A DNA stretch of 58,232 bases, filler included, from Sphacelaria rigidula (GCA_964200075.2; 9 parts of 9 records of this genome joined end to end with filler, not necessarily neighbours in it); one strand, 5' to 3'; positions 35,299 to 49,585 are shown, counted from the first letter of the whole stretch. Notes: generated by a model from the letters alone, not told the origin. A program made the numbers and translations.

Positions 35299-35462
35299 GA
35301 CTAATGCCGAGATAGCCCCCCCGACAAAGAGCGGACCGGAGACCGTCCGACCAACCGGCTGCTATCCCACTATTGGGCTTGTTTGCAGCAATTTTGCCCC
35401 CATAAGAGGCGTGTAGCTGTCTGAAATCAGCTGTAACGCCCAAATGAGTCCCGTCGTGCAGC
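35299..35462 (-). repeat. Dispersed repeat homologous to 45371-45534
   Basis: The reverse complement aligns over about 165 bp (GCTGCACGAC..GGGGGGCTATCTCGGCAT). Confidence 0.8.
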
Positions 35463-36192
35463 ACGAAACCAGCTCTAACGGCATTTATGATCATCACCTC
35501 CGTGCACTTTTTTGGCCAGTTTCGGGGGGGGGGGGGGGGGGGGGGGGCTATTTTTTTTTTTTTTTTCTTGTGTTGTGTGTTTTTTTTGTTGCGTACTCAT
35601 TTGTTGCTTGCCTTAGTCGTTTGACCATTGACCACGCATCCCTTTCGAGACGGAGCATGCGTACAGTATCGACTATTGCAGCAGACAATAGATTCCATAC
35701 TGCACACAGTACATTCTTGGACAATATAATCTACTGTCCAGGTTGTGGTATCTTCCTCATTCTCAGAGTGTAGGGTACGAGTGTAGGGAGGCGTGCGGGC
35801 AGAGTCTCCAAGTAACAATGTGCTCGCACCCTGTTCACTCCACATCGGCGTCAAGAATTTTCACCGGAGGGGGAAGCAAACCGTTGCAGTGTCACGCAGA
35901 AATAATTCAGCCTTTCACTTCATGGAGGGGCAAAAATGGATGGAAAATGGTGAAAAAAACGTCGATCTTTCCTCTGTCAGACGTTCTGTATAGCAGAAAG
36001 AAACGGGGCGATTTCCTCTAACCATCGTTAGTTCTCTGTACTTCTCCCCTCTAGCCCTCACCGGAAGTCTTGTCTCGCTTCACACATACACACACACATA
36101 CACTGGAGTATGCCACATGCCACAACGAACACACAGTCTCGTCCCCGTGACTCAACTCCCCAGCGTCCAGAGGTGGTATACTTACTTTGCAA

Positions 36193-36669
36193 GGCCGCTT
36201 GTTATAGAATGAAAAAAACTCTCTGAGAACTGCCCTTTTGAACCTTTCATCCCGGATTATTGGCGGAATACGGGCCTTGGCGGATTTGGCTTCCTCGGAA
36301 AGATTTGCTATATTTTTCACGAGGATTCCAGCGCGCTTGTTCGATCTTTCGTACTCCCAGGTTACCCTTGGCCGGGTTCTGGATTTTTTCAAACACCCTA
36401 AAAAAAACTTCGAGTTGTCGGGAATAAGTACGTGTTTTTCTCGACAACTGGACGATTTTCGCGGCGACTGAAAAATCCAGAATGCGGCCAAGAGTAAAAC
36501 TGGAAATACGAAAGATCACACCAGCGCGCTGGAATCCTCGTGAAAAATATAGCAAACCTTTCCGAGAAGGCCAAATCCGCCGAGGCCCGTATTCCGCCAA
36601 TAATCCGGGATGAAAGGTTCAAAAGGGCAGTTCTCAGAGAGTTTTTTTTTCAGTCTATAAGACGCGGCC
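36193..36669. mobile_element. Palindromic Tourist/Harbinger-like MITE
   Basis: GGCCGC..GCGGCC termini, flanks CAA/TAA, near-perfect arms over 150 bp. Confidence 0.85.
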
Positions 36670-37242
36670 TAAAACTGTAAAAGTTACAGTAGGTTCCACG
36701 CGCATGGTCTTGCAGTAACAAATTCCAACGCATTTGGGGGCGCAGAGTGTGTTACTGTTCTTTTCCTTTCAAAATACAACTGATGCAGCTATGTGGCACA
36801 AACCTGTAAGAGGTTCCGGCCATGGTGTGCACAGCGCTGATGGTGGCCTTGGGGTTACTGGTTATCACGGATACGGCTGCTTCTCCAATGAGTCTCTCGC
36901 GAGGCTTGAACGACACCAACGTCGCTGTGTCGTGCCCACCCAGTTCACTTCTAACTATTTCTCCTGAGCCAAGTATAATGAGCGTGCACAAGACACGGAA
37001 TGGATATTGCATGAGAGATGCGTCAGCCACGAGCGAGCCAAAAACGTTTCAGGGGATTACCATTTCAGAACAAAGTTGAACTCTCGAACACTTGGACATT
37101 GCCCGGCGCCTTGTGACCTACAGTACGGGCGTATTTTCCGCCCAGAAATTAAGGGGGTTTGATTCGTCGGAATTATGCAGAGTGGTGCTGAGCATGACTG
37201 ACGCAACCGGGGGACCCCGCAATTCGGAATCTAAACGGCAAC

Positions 37243-37273
<31 letters not shown>

Positions 37274-38152
37274 CGCACTTTAACTGATGTGTGAAACAAA
37301 CCAAGCCATGTAACCCGGTTGCCTTGGACAGTAAATGCGTCGGGAGGGAGAGATTCGCGCATTTGCTCGTTTCATCGGTGTCGAATGTTGAATCAAACAT
37401 CTAAACTCTGGTGATGACTTCCTGCGGTAGCCATTCCATTATCGGTACGTATACCGACCACCGTGGAATGTGTCGGCGGTGACCGAGGTGTTTGTTCAGG
37501 GCTGTTGTGAAATATGAGAAAAAAGGTGACGTTTTTCTCCTTTTTTTTTTGCCGATTCCGACCACTTGCCATGAGGCTAGTTTACCGGCGTTGGGCTACA
37601 AATGTCCATGGCTGACACAATTTTAAAAGTATCGCTACCCCAACCCAAGGCATACGGAGAAATCTCGGGCAAGGGCGGTACATACGTTCCCCAAGCATAT
37701 CGAGGCCTTGGTAGATCCCAAATCGGCGCAGCTCTACTAGAATTCCGATTCTCGTTGTACACACTCAAATCAAGTAATATCAACCACATACATTTGTAGC
37801 CCAACGCGGGTAAACTCTACTACTTTCCATGGCAAGTTCCCACAAAAAATATGAAAGTATATAAAGTTGCACAACTTATTCTCCACCGCGATTTACGGTT
37901 CCATCTCCGATAGAAAAGTGTCCACTGCCCGAAACGAGCACAGCTGCGTGTTTGACGCCCACCCAGCCCTCTACCACACACACAATGGCTGCCCTGCACT
38001 ATAGTTGTATACGATCTTACTGTTCTTCGGGATGATCATGGCGGTGTTGCAGGCTGCGGCGTTGTTGTGACACGTTGAGATAGGATGCAGTATATCCCAA
38101 AGCGTGTCACGAAGCTGCTGTTTTGTCCATTTTGCCGATTGGAAAATGGATA

Positions 38153-38789
38153 CGAGCTGGGCCAGCCTAAAAACGGATTTAAGCTCTCAAAGCGATATCT
38201 CAACGACACAGACGAGTTGGGCCGTGATCCGCACATCGTATTAATCGTCTAATCAAGGGGAAGGTGCCCATCTGCTAAAAAATCTGGGCCAATTTTTTCT
38301 CGTTGATGAGACCCCATGTCTAGTAATTCCTATACCTAGCGGAGATAGCGTCCACACTAAAATCTACGTGAAACCCCGAACAATCCATTGAGCGGATGAT
38401 GACGATTTTTGTTGTGGACCTTCCCTGGAGCACGGGGAGACGATAGAAACCCTCACCTTCACCTAATTCGTAATCTATCTCGAGATGTGGCGCACATAAA
38501 TTTTCATACTAAAATCGGTATATTACGAGCAGAGGCACTAGATGACCTAAATCTGGATATCGCGTCTCAGTTTTTAGAGTTGTGCTATGAAATTTGGTAT
38601 GGAGAACCGCTACGAGCTGGGCCAGCCGAGAAGCGATTCTGCAGTTTGCAGGCCCATTATACGGAGTTGGACCTTGAAATTTGGCATGGACAATGAGTAG
38701 GGCACAATAAAAAAAATACTGGCGTACACCAGGGATGTTTTTTTCATGAGTTAGGGGCATTTTACCGATATCTGAAAACTGATTATTGC
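38153..38789. mobile_element. Family B element left part, with a second family B end starting at 38613 in the opposite orientation
   Basis: TA|CGAGCTGGGCCAGCC at 38151 and 38611. The first is homologous to 30671-31160, the second to the reverse of 13500-13684. Confidence 0.75.
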
Positions 38790-38889
38790 NNNNNNNNNNN
38801 NNNNNNNNNNNNNNNNNNNNNNNNNNNNNNNNNTTAATTAATTAANNNNNNNNNNNNNNNNNNNNNNNNNNNNNNNNNNNNNNNNNNNN

Positions 38890-38962
38890 TCTGTGACCAC
38901 GGGTTCGCGAGATCGGACTAATGTGCGGAAATAATAATAATAATAATAATAAATAATAATAA
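38890..38962 (+). mobile_element. Non-LTR retroelement 3' end: stem-loop plus (TAA)n tail
   Basis: TGACCACGGGTTCGCGAGATCGGACTAATGTGCGGAAATAATAATAA. Related minus-strand copy at 44916-44987. Confidence 0.65.
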
Positions 38963-39496
38963 CCACCACCACTACCCAACACCCTGGGGGTGACGCTATG
39001 TTCAGATAAACCCAACCCAAAGTGCACAGACAGGACAACCAAGGCTACTAAGGCTACCGATGGAACTGATGCGCGTAGCTTAGCAAGCGGTAGGAACTAA
39101 TGCGTGTTCACACAACCCAACACAATCAGAGGTGAACCTCAGTGTCTTGGTGCCCCAGCAAACCAAAAACACACAGCTCGGGCCGGAGCTGGTCATCACC
39201 TGAGCACGTCCTGCGTGGCCTCGCTCGAATCTCTTCGGAACTTGAGGAGAAACGATGACTGCGGCACACTCACGCGAGCGGTCAGCCACGACACGTGTCC
39301 CCCAACACACAGAACAAGTTTCCGTCAAACGAAGGCTGCCGTATGTACATTATAGACAGGGGCACCGCTAATGCGTATAGGTTAGAAAGGAAATGCAAGC
39401 TAGCGCACCTATCTGTGCGTGTTCTCTCGGGGCTCGGATTCTCCCGTGGCCTACACACGTTTTCCGGTCATGGTTGACTTTTGTGGATAAAATCAA

Positions 39497-39633
39497 CACA
39501 CCCTGGACAATAGATCATATTATAAAAAAATGTACCGCGTACAGTATGGAATCTCTTGCTGTTGCAATAGGCACAATAGTCGATACTGTACGCAGTACAT
39601 TTTTTCATAATATGATCTCTTGTCCAGGGTGTG
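39497..39633. mobile_element. 137-bp hAT-like MITE with 8-bp TSD AAAATCAA
   Basis: TIR CACACCCTGGACAA / TTGTCCAGGGTGTG with a perfect 8-bp flanking duplication. Partial relative at 35661-35746. Confidence 0.85.
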
Positions 39634-40348
39634 AAAATCAATGAAACTGAATGCGGAGCAACTAAACAGCAACAAGGATACTCATTCTGTGCAGTATGAA
39701 TATAAGATTATAGCGGAGCCAACAGTTCATGACCCGCTTATATCATTGACATCGGCTGTCAGCAATGACGGTACGAACGGATTTCGGTCTAACGAAGACT
39801 GCCGTGTGAACATTACAGCAAGGGTTACCGCTGATACTCATGCGCGTGCATTACCAAGGAGAATGCAAGCTGATATGCGTGCTTTTTCGGGCCTGTGTGT
39901 GCGTATCATCTTGTGTCGCATCTCCTGTCGCATATATACACGTTTCAGTCACGTACAAAAATCAACCGAACTAAATGCTGAGCAACAGTACTTCCTCTGT
40001 CTCGTAAGTTAGGACCGAGTTGGGGGCACAGATCGTATCTCTCTGACGGAGTTGCTCACGATGCTATAGCTGGTATCATAAGAAAATATTTTCTACAGAT
40101 AGCTGGCGCAAGAAACAAACAAACGATTCCTTGTATCTTGTATTGTGGGTCGAAAACTCCCCCAAAATGGCCAATTTTGGGAATTATTTCGAGAATATTT
40201 TGAGATTTGTTTTTGGAACTCTTTGAGAATAGTCCACGAAAACATCATTTTACATCCATCCACCTGCACACTACACCGTTGACTCGCCCGTGAGTACCCC
40301 TCCGCCTCGTAAACGCGATAGAGAACTATCGTTGGGCCACGTGATGCC

Positions 40349-40575
40349 ATGGCGTTCGAGATCGCCGCGGGCATTCCTCCAGGCACTTCAAGGGCGCCCG
40401 CGGGCTTTTTTGGTCCTCCCGCCGAAAAGGACGGCGTAGGCGAACAGTTTCTTAGACGGCTGTTAAAAAAGTGCAGAGAACAGATGGAGGCATCTGGGAA
40501 GCTTGATCTTTCGATCACCCGAAGGAGTGGACGCCCTTCGCGTCTTACTCCGACGAAAGCCGCGGCGCTGCGGAG
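40349..40575 (+). pseudogene. N-terminal DNA-binding fragment of a Tc1/mariner-type transposase
   Basis: GVGEQFLRRLLKKCREQ..GKLDLS..RRSGRPSRLT, a helix-turn-helix-like segment followed by the GRP motif. No DDE domain follows. Confidence 0.5.
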
Positions 40576-41344
40576 TGTTTCCATTTTTTTCCCGACACTT
40601 TCTCCCTCCCGAAAAAGGGGCGAGAACTGGTCATTTTTAGGCCGACTGATTTTTTTGCGGCCGTTTGGCCACCTTGAGTGATGCGCGAACAAACACAAAA
40701 AAAACTGGATTTAACAAAAACAAAACGCCAAAGATTTCATCAAAAAAATCGAAAAAAGCATCGGACACGGTTAAGGGCTTCTGTGACAAAGTCGGTCCTA
40801 GCTTATGAGACAGAGGAAGCATTGCATCAAGATAATTGCGGAGAAACTGTGCACCGCCGCAGACCATCACGTACACAGCCCATGACCCGTGTGTATGACG
40901 TTTTCTCCGCCACAGAACAAATAGTGGACCAACTACCCGCTGACATGAACGGTCAACTGCGACACGTTCTCTCCAGACTGCTCATGTGTACATTATCAGC
41001 AAGGGCTACCGCTCGAACTAATACGCATGAACGGTACGTGTCTGTGCCTGGTGTTCTCGCGGCTCCGTCTGTGCGCGTGAAAATGTGGATACAATTACCC
41101 ATAGCTAAACCCTTATGTCTTGATACTCATTTACAGATGTTCTTCGGGAAAATGTAGCTCACTGGAATTCCGGGGGGGGGGGGGGGGGGCTGTTTGAACT
41201 CTTGAACCGGGAGGGTCGTCCGTCTGGGCCATGCATACTTTTTTTAAGCGGGAAATTACCGATTTGNNNNNNNNNNACCCACTACCTACCACTTTCTTTC
41301 TTAATGCTCGATCGAATAGAGGGGTGGGTGGGGGGGAGAGGGGG

Positions 41345-41378
<34 letters not shown>

Positions 41379-41715
41379 CTGTTCGAACTCTCGAACCGCG
41401 AGGGTCGTCCATCTGGACCATGCATACTTTTTTCAAGCGTGAAATTCACGATTCGACAGATGGCCTACGCCCCTCGCCGTCCGAGGGTTCAACAATTCCG
41501 CTACTCACACACTTCAAAGTGAACTTGAATAGGCGCGGAGAAAAAGGCAGGTCGTCAGTCAAGTACATCGAGACGTTTCACCGATTGTTTTCACCGCAAG
41601 CAATGATCACCGACTCCTCGCAGCTTGCACCGCACCGTCCCAAGCTGTGCATTTTTCTTTGCCGTGAAGGGTAGTTTGTATTGACCAAACAACATTTGTT
41701 CTTGATTGCTATTAA

Positions 41716-41834
41716 CCTTTTGGAAACTCGTCGACGATTTTTGTTTTTGTGAATCGGCATCATTTTTCAGTCATTTTCAAGTCAAAATAATGCCGGTTTA
41801 CAAAAACAAGAATCGTCAGTGGGTTCCAAAAGCG
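41716..41834. mobile_element. ~120-bp piggyBac-like MITE
   Basis: TTAA|CCTTTTGGAAACTC..GGGTTCCAAAAGCG|TTCA. Palindromic. Confidence 0.6.
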
Positions 41835-42490
41835 TTCATAGAAGAACTTGTTATTTGATTGACGCCCATTTCGTCTGGTGTTGACGGGGAGGGCTCCCAG
41901 GTTGTCGACGGTATAGACATCGAGAGAGAAGTGCCCGCTATTGACAACACCTGCCTTGCCCGAGGGTTCTCGGTATGCATTCGTTGGAGATGCAGAGTGT
42001 TCCACAGCCTGAGTACCGCGTTGGCAGACCTGTCGTCGGCGTCGATTTTGACGAAAACGACTTCTGCGTTATGTAGGAGCACTTGAGATTGTAAACCCCA
42101 CTGAAGATCTGAATTTCAATGTTTACAACACATGATTAATCTTGCCGTTGTTGTTGTTTGTTGTTTGTTGTCTGTTGTTTCCTTTCTTCTTCCAATTCTG
42201 TGGCTGTTGCTTCTGTCTTTTTCTGTTTCCTTCCTTTTTTTTTTTCTGTTGTTTTTCGCCGCTCCTGACCACGGGCTGGATTTTGTTGCAATCAGCTAAT
42301 GTGAGATAATCAATCAATCAGCTCAGGTAAAATCATTCTACCCAAGTGGTCATATCTACTGCATGTTTTTCTGTACTACAACATGTGATATTTCGTCACT
42401 GAGCAGATATGGGAATGGTTTCATGTGAAGACAACGGCAACAAAATATCGTGTTGTTCCGAGAAAATTATATATGGGTTCTGGAAAAGTC

Positions 42491-43812
42491 ATGTGTGCAC
42501 CCGGGCGTACCATTGAAAATCATGCGCACCTTACGATAACGGCGAAAATACTTGCGACCGGTCGGCGCCGCATTACCACCCCGACCGTGGTGACGTGAGC
42601 CACACTTTAACACTTTCAATCGAAGTCAGCACAACGAACGCAGGGTGCAGTACTACAGTACGACAGTAACATGGTGCTGTACTCTCCCGCTCATCTTTCA
42701 CTTCTTCGTGTCTCCGCGACTTCCCATTGCCAGCTCGAAAAGTATAATATTGATCTTTGTTGATCGTTTCAAAGCTCAACATTCTATGCTCGCTTACTTC
42801 CTTTCCATGTATAGTGTGCGCCGACACACCATGAAGGGAAAAGAGCTACCGCTTTGTGTACCGGGATGACCAACATGATGGCGACGGTATTGTGCTCTCA
42901 TGTTTGTTGGTTTTATTGAGTTTATCGACACCGCCACATTCGCCGCTTGATAGCACTCACCCTCTGTTTGAAAGAGCATGGACCCCGTGTCACCCACGGG
43001 GTACGTTTTCTGTTTCGGCAATTTTTTCACTTGAAAAATGAGGACCCCACCCTGGCGGTGAACGGAATATTTTTCGGAGCTGGCGACAAGAAGGGATCAC
43101 GCTCTCCGGAATTTTGGTGGAATCTTATCGTATGGTGACACCCATAGACAAAGGGAAATACCGCAGCGGGGGATGGGGAAAAAGAAGGAGACACTGCACT
43201 GTATTGTACACCGTCGTACTGTCCTGTGTGTTTTTGTGGAGCTCCCGTCAACCTACTTTGTCACGTGTGTACTGTTGTACGAGATCACCCATTTTGCTGA
43301 AGAGACGGCACGGCGAACATGGCGGTACCGATAGACTCGAGACAATCAACAAACAGAAGAGCACAATACGTTCGCCATCATGTTGCTGCTCCGGTGCACG
43401 CCACGCTCGGTACCTGGGGTTCTCTGTACCGCTGGGTGCAATACACAAAACGACAGCTCGTTTCCCTTTATATCTTGTCGGCGTCTACTAAACATGGGAG
43501 GGAAGGGCGCGAGCAATGAACTTCGAGATTTGAAATAATCAACAAAGACCACGTTTTTATTTCCGAGTTGGCAGATGGAAGACACGCAGACGAAAGGAAA
43601 TCGGCCACGCGACGAGTAGTGAGAGATGAGAGAGAGCACAAGATCATGTTACTGTGCTACTGTACTCCGCGTTGGTTGTGCTGACTCCGATCGCTAAGTG
43701 TGATCTGAGTCATCACGGTCGGTGTGGTCATGCGGCACTGACAAGCCCCAAGTATATTTGCCATTATCCTAGGGTAAGCATGAATGTCGATGGTGCACCC
43801 GGGTGCACACAT
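42491..43812. repeat. Old 1.3-kb foldback element (diverged inverted arms of about 460-500 bp)
   Basis: ATGTGTGCACCCGGG at 42491 pairs with CCCGGGTGCACACAT at 43812. Complementarity can be traced inward to about 42948/43310. Confidence 0.8.
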
Positions 43813-45525
43813 AATGTTTCTGCTTCGTTAAAGCAGAGTTCACCACTTGGTGGGGTGAAGTTGTCCCGACTTGGTTCCAATGCGGACACCAATATCTGGA
43901 ACACTAACGGGCGCTGCGCTCCTAGCTTGCGTAGTGCGCACTTTTTGTCTCAATGAGGCTTTGCAACGCACAATTTGCCTCGCTACCACCTTGCACCGAT
44001 TGACGAAGAGCAACAGAACCTTCCGGCAGAGTAGAACCAGTTCCACAGGCCATTTGTGCAGACCCGCCGGTCCAACCAACACCATTTTTGGATCCACCCG
44101 CACACGACAGAGCCAGCACATAGAGCACGCCACGGCACGCACACCCCCAACGCCACAGCTCACACACACACATACACAGGCCAACCACCGCTGGCGGCAA
44201 AAGCCAAGAGATCATGCAACGGAAAGACAAAGCCCATCGCTCCGGCTCGACAAACGCACACAAGAAAAATATTGACCCAAATATCCTCCTTGTAGGCAAT
44301 TTTAAATAAGAACGGCTCTTGATATTATTTTCACACCCACTACAAGGCCGGAGCGTGTTCGCTGTTTTTTGCGTTATGTGCTTCGAACCCGAATGCACCC
44401 AACGGATTATAACCTTTTCCAGGGCACTTCCCATGCTCAGCGAAAAAAATCGGAAAATGACCTATTTCTGCGGGTTTTGAGGGTTAGCTTAAAAAAGCAC
44501 TTGAAAGAAAGGTTCAACCCCGGAATGTGTCATTGGTGTGGAAGTGTATGTGGCGTAAGATTAGGAAACGCGTCACCTCAACGCACGATTTCTCCATGTC
44601 AAGAATGTAGTCTACGATCAAGTGCATCCGAAGAAACGAAGAAAAGTGGGTAATTTACAGTAGCATGTCGTCAAACAGCCCGGACACTTTTCGGGGGGTC
44701 AACCCCCCCCCGAGTTTGGCACCCCTAACGATCATGTTAGCCGTGGGGCTGGAAGCTCTTATTTGCTCACGCTTTATATACTGATCAATCATGGTTGACG
44801 CCAGGGTCGTATTCGCAATCTTGTTCAAAATCACCATGCATGCGAGACCCGCGGCGTTGGTACCTGCGGCGCTGCTGCTACGTGCGTCAGCCGTGGCTCA
44901 CCACTAGTTTTTGTGTTAACATTATTATCATCATTATCATTTCATGTTCGTCACATTAGCTCGATTTCTCGCACCCGTGGTCACAGATGTACACACACAA
45001 ATGTATACACACAAGTATATATATATACATACAAGGATCGGAATTAATTTAGTTGGTAGAAGGTAAAGGTGATGACTCCTACCAAGAGGTTGAGCCAGAG
45101 ATTTGACGTGTGTTTCGGTTATGAAACTGCGCTATATGTGATGAGTAGAAGAGGGAAAATCTGGCATGGGTGTGGCATGATCGGTATCATGGAACGCGAA
45201 CGATGAGAGTGCGGAATAACAGTGGATTCTCGAAACTGGGGTTGAAAAAACAAGTGAGGTTCAACTCAAANNNNNNNNNNNNNNNNNNNNNNNNNNNNNN
45301 NNNNNNNNNNNNNNTTAATTAATTAANNNNNNNNNNNNNNNNNNNNNNNNNNNNNNNNNNNNNNNNNNNNGCTGCACGACGCGACTTATTTGGGCGTTAT
45401 AGCTGATTTCGGACTGCTACACGCCTCTCATGTGGGCGGAAATGCTGCAAACGGACTCAATCGTGGGATCGCAGCCGGTTTGTCGGACGGTCTCCGGTGC
45501 CAATTCTGTGGGGGGGGCTATCTCG

Positions 45526-48312
45526 GCATCAGTCCTAGGCAGCTTGCAACCTCAATCATTGTACTCAGTTTGGAATGGACTGTCTACGAATACTGTTGGC
45601 TATGACTATTTTCGTGCAACTGACCAGCGCATGCTTTTCGCAGCAGGTGTAGAACCGTCCTTTGCTGACTCCGTCTTACCAGTTCAACTTCGATATTTGA
45701 TTTCGAGTAGGACTCGTGGACGGCGAACCGCCGAAACGGCCACCAAATTAGCCGTATCTGGTCCTGACCTTCCCCTTCCTGCCCCCACCCCGGTCCCCGA
45801 TAGTTTCCTTGCGTCCCCGCAACCTCCGCGACACAAGGCCCCCAGAAAATCGACCCCGACCGTGCCGCCCCTGCCAACCATAGCCGAAACCACGGCTGTG
45901 CCCTCCTCCAGTAGTGATGATATTGCAAACACCACCACAACACCTTCCACGCTAATCGACGCAAGAGTAGACCCTACCGTTCTGTCTGAGAGTACACCAA
46001 CTGGTAGGCCCACCCTTGATTCTGACATCACCGCCTCGTGCCAACCCCGCCCCGAACCGTGCCAACCCCGCCCCGAACCGACCCCACACGAAGTCGATGC
46101 TTCAACAGATGATGTATTCAAGGAACGTTTGACTCTGTTCTTCCACGCCGATTGGGCCCGGGAACAACACGCAGAACCTGCTTGTAAATAAGCTATCCAT
46201 TATCTATCTAAAGGTTGTCCATGTCCATTCTCAGAACCCGAATTCCTTTTGCCAGCCGGGAATCTCAAAGCGCCCACACAAAATGAAGTTACTGAACTTT
46301 CAAGGAAAGGTATGCTACATACGGATGATGATGGTATAGTTCTGTTAGTTCGCCCGCCCACAGCAGCCCTCCCCAGGGGGAAGCCTACAAGTCGACATGC
46401 CCGCTTGCTAGGTGATGAACCCGTCCGCATCTATGTCCCGATGCTTCTGCGCCCATGAGTTCTACACGAATTCCATTCACAGGCATCGACTCATTTAGGC
46501 GCCAATAGGACCCCCCGGTGTTGTAACGTTTTTGTTGGTGGATTTGTATGGATCAGTGTTGTCGCTGGTGGATGAGGCGTTGTCTTTTACGTCAGGCGCG
46601 AAAAACTTCTCGTCAAACAGTTCGTTCGCCGATTGTTTCCATATCACTCCCAAACGGGCCTGGTGAAGTAGTTTCGTGGGACTGTTTGGTCCTTTGCCCC
46701 TGACGGATAGTGGAAGTAAGTATATTTTGTTGTTTACGGATAGATTTAGTCGACATGCGGTGATGCACGCCGTCCCCCCCAGTAGTTATACCGCGGAAGG
46801 TACCGCCAACATTCTTGTCTACATGTACATCCCACCGTGGGGTGTGCCCAAACGCTTACTGTCTGACAACGGCTCGCATTTTCAGGCAAACATTCAGCCG
46901 CCGTCAGTGACCTTTTGGGTGCCCATCGCCTTTTTACTAGTTCATATCACCCTTCCACCAGTGGTGGAATGGAACGAGTGAATCATACGATGGCACAGAT
47001 GCTTGCTACCGTAGCAAAGGAGAGACAGATGGGCTGGGATCTGCATCTGCCCCTTGTCCAAATGAACTACAACAACTCAGTCAATGCCGCTACGGGATCG
47101 TCGCCGAAATAAATTCATATTGCACGCATGCCTCGGTTACCTTTAACGGTATTCGAACGCAAAAATACAGGTGGGCATCAGAGTCTGGATCGTGATGTCG
47201 CAACGTATCAATTGTCGGTTAGCAATCGTCTTCGTCTTGCATATGAAGTGGTAGGAGAACAGAACCAAATCAATTTGGCCAAGGTGGCCAGGGCGAACTC
47301 GATGTTGGATGATGTGGTGCATAACCGCCCAGTGTGGAAGGTAGGCCAATGGGCATGGGTATATAACGATGTGAAGAACATCAATCAAGGGGCTAGCTCG
47401 AAATCATCATCTTAGGAAGTGTTGAAGCCGAAACTATCCTTGAATTGGACTGGTCCTTGGGAAATTTTAGCTGTTGGTCCTAGCGCTACCGCACCCGACA
47501 AGAGTCCAGTGGCAGCGAAACGTTTGTATATAGATTTTCCCACGGATGAACCTGGTTTGAAACCGAAAAATCGCGTCTCGATGCTACGATGCAAGACGTG
47601 TATCCCCCCTCATGACTCCTCTGACATGCCCAAACAACTGCCGGTAGGGCTTAGCCAGTATGTTGTTTTGACCAAGTATGCGATCAAAACTCCGCCGTAT
47701 CATATGACGGCCGAGGAAGCAGACGCACCCCTGGAACGCGTTCAGGTAAATAGGATTTCGGGTCATCAACTGGTTCGCGGTCGTGCAGGTAAGATAGCGG
47801 TAATGTATCAAACACATTGGAAGGGTATCATGCGTGTTACATGGGAGCGTGAAGTTGATTTGCGTCATTTGCGTCGGGAAATATTGCTGTACTGGGTAGG
47901 AGATACCGTCCAACACCGCCCATTGAATAAGAGATATAGGTCGATGCGCGAGGAAGCTGCAGCTCGGGAACTGGCACGTGAACACTCAGCGCGGTTTGTT
48001 GTGACAGAATATAGCCTTCTTGCGCGTTCACAATACATGCAGGGTTTCACGGGAAACGATTGCCGAAAGGGGCGTAGTTTTGGTATAAGGCCTTGGATTC
48101 ACTGTGGTGGTTGGGTAAAATTCATTTGGTCGATCCTGCTTCTGACCACTCCTACTTTATCCGTTTCCTTGATGACCCGTGGATGATGCGTACTACACCG
48201 AGGAGCCGACCGCTCGGAGGGGATCCTGGTGCCTCCAACGGCACGACCAAGGCGAACTCGGAATAGCCGTTCTACGGAACACGGACACCGCTTGGGATGC
48301 AGACGACTCATG
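45526..48312 (+). pseudogene. pol: Gypsy pol pseudogene (spacer, integrase, chromo-like and PWWP-like C-terminus)
   Basis: FGPLPLTDSGSKYILLFTDRFSR, GVPKRLLSDNGSHF, SSYHPSTSGGMERVNHT, WTGPW, YQTHWKG..TWERE, FWYKALDSLWWLGKI. Confidence 0.92.
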
Positions 48313-49585
48313 ATGCCGCATCCGAGTCTGCTTCCCCATTCACCTTGCGTAGTCTACCGCGTTCGAGTCGCTTGTCTTGCACCGTAGCGTCGTTGGAAAA
48401 CAATGTGTCCCCCCCCCTCGCTCCCTCCCTTCTTTTTCTCGTACTGATTAGCCCCGTACTTGTAATGTTTGATGTTGTGTTTCGTATTCGGTATTTCGTC
48501 TTTCGTTTTTGTATATTGTATTTGTTTGTGTTGTGTTTTGTTTTTTGTTGCTTTGGATCTTAATTTTGTGTTTAGGTTTTCTTTGCCCTTGCGTCATTTG
48601 CTTTTTTGTTTTTCTTCTCTTCTTTTCTTCTCGTTTTGCCTCGTGTTTTGTTTTCAATTTTTTTGTGTTCAATAGGTAATTTTCTTGGTCAATTCTGGGT
48701 TCATCCGGCAAAGTACAGGTGACGACCGTTCCATTCCTGACCCCGAGTCTGGAACCTTGAACCTCCGTCCTCCGCGCCGTACAATCATAACCATTCCGTC
48801 TACTGGAACAGTTGTCACGAGTTATTTATTTCTTCATTTATTTTCATTGTACGCACATCTTGTCTTGTTTTGTTATTACATTGTCTTTATTTTTGATTCT
48901 TTTGTTTTGATGGAAGAGTTTCCGGAGCAAGCGCTAGCCATACCTGACGCCCACGTCTGGAATATTTGTGCTCTTGCTCAATCGCTCCTCACGCGAATGC
49001 CGCCTGCCTCTTCGGGACCAGTCATGACGTGCCTTTTTGTGTGTCATATGTTGTCAGTATTTTTTTTTTTAGTTTTGTTTTTTCAGTTGAGAGTTTTGTG
49101 AGTGAGCGCTGCATATACCTGATCCCCCCGTCTGGAAAAATTGCGCTCTTGCCCAATTGCTCCGTACACGCATACCGCCTCCCTCTTTGGGATCGGTCGT
49201 GACGTATCCCCTTTTTGTGTGCGTACCACGCTGAGTTTTGTATCGACATGGGCGATAGTAGCCGGAGCCGAATGCCTGAAATGTTTTGACCTCTTGATTG
49301 AAACTTTTGACTCTGCTTGCTTCATACACACGATAACCGCTCCTGTTTACAAAGACGGTTGCCACGTGTTGTTTTTCTGCTTTATGTTGCGGATTTTCGT
49401 TTTCGCTGTTGCCCAGCGTGCCCCTGGTTTTGTATTTGTTTTTGTTTTGGTTTCTGCCTCTATGTCGGGAATTTCGCCACGAGTGTTCCAACGTGCCTGA
49501 CCCTCGAGTCTAGAACATTTGGCTTACTTTTTTTTCGAGTCCTGCCGCATGTGACCGACCTCGTATATAGGAGGGTCACGGGTAA

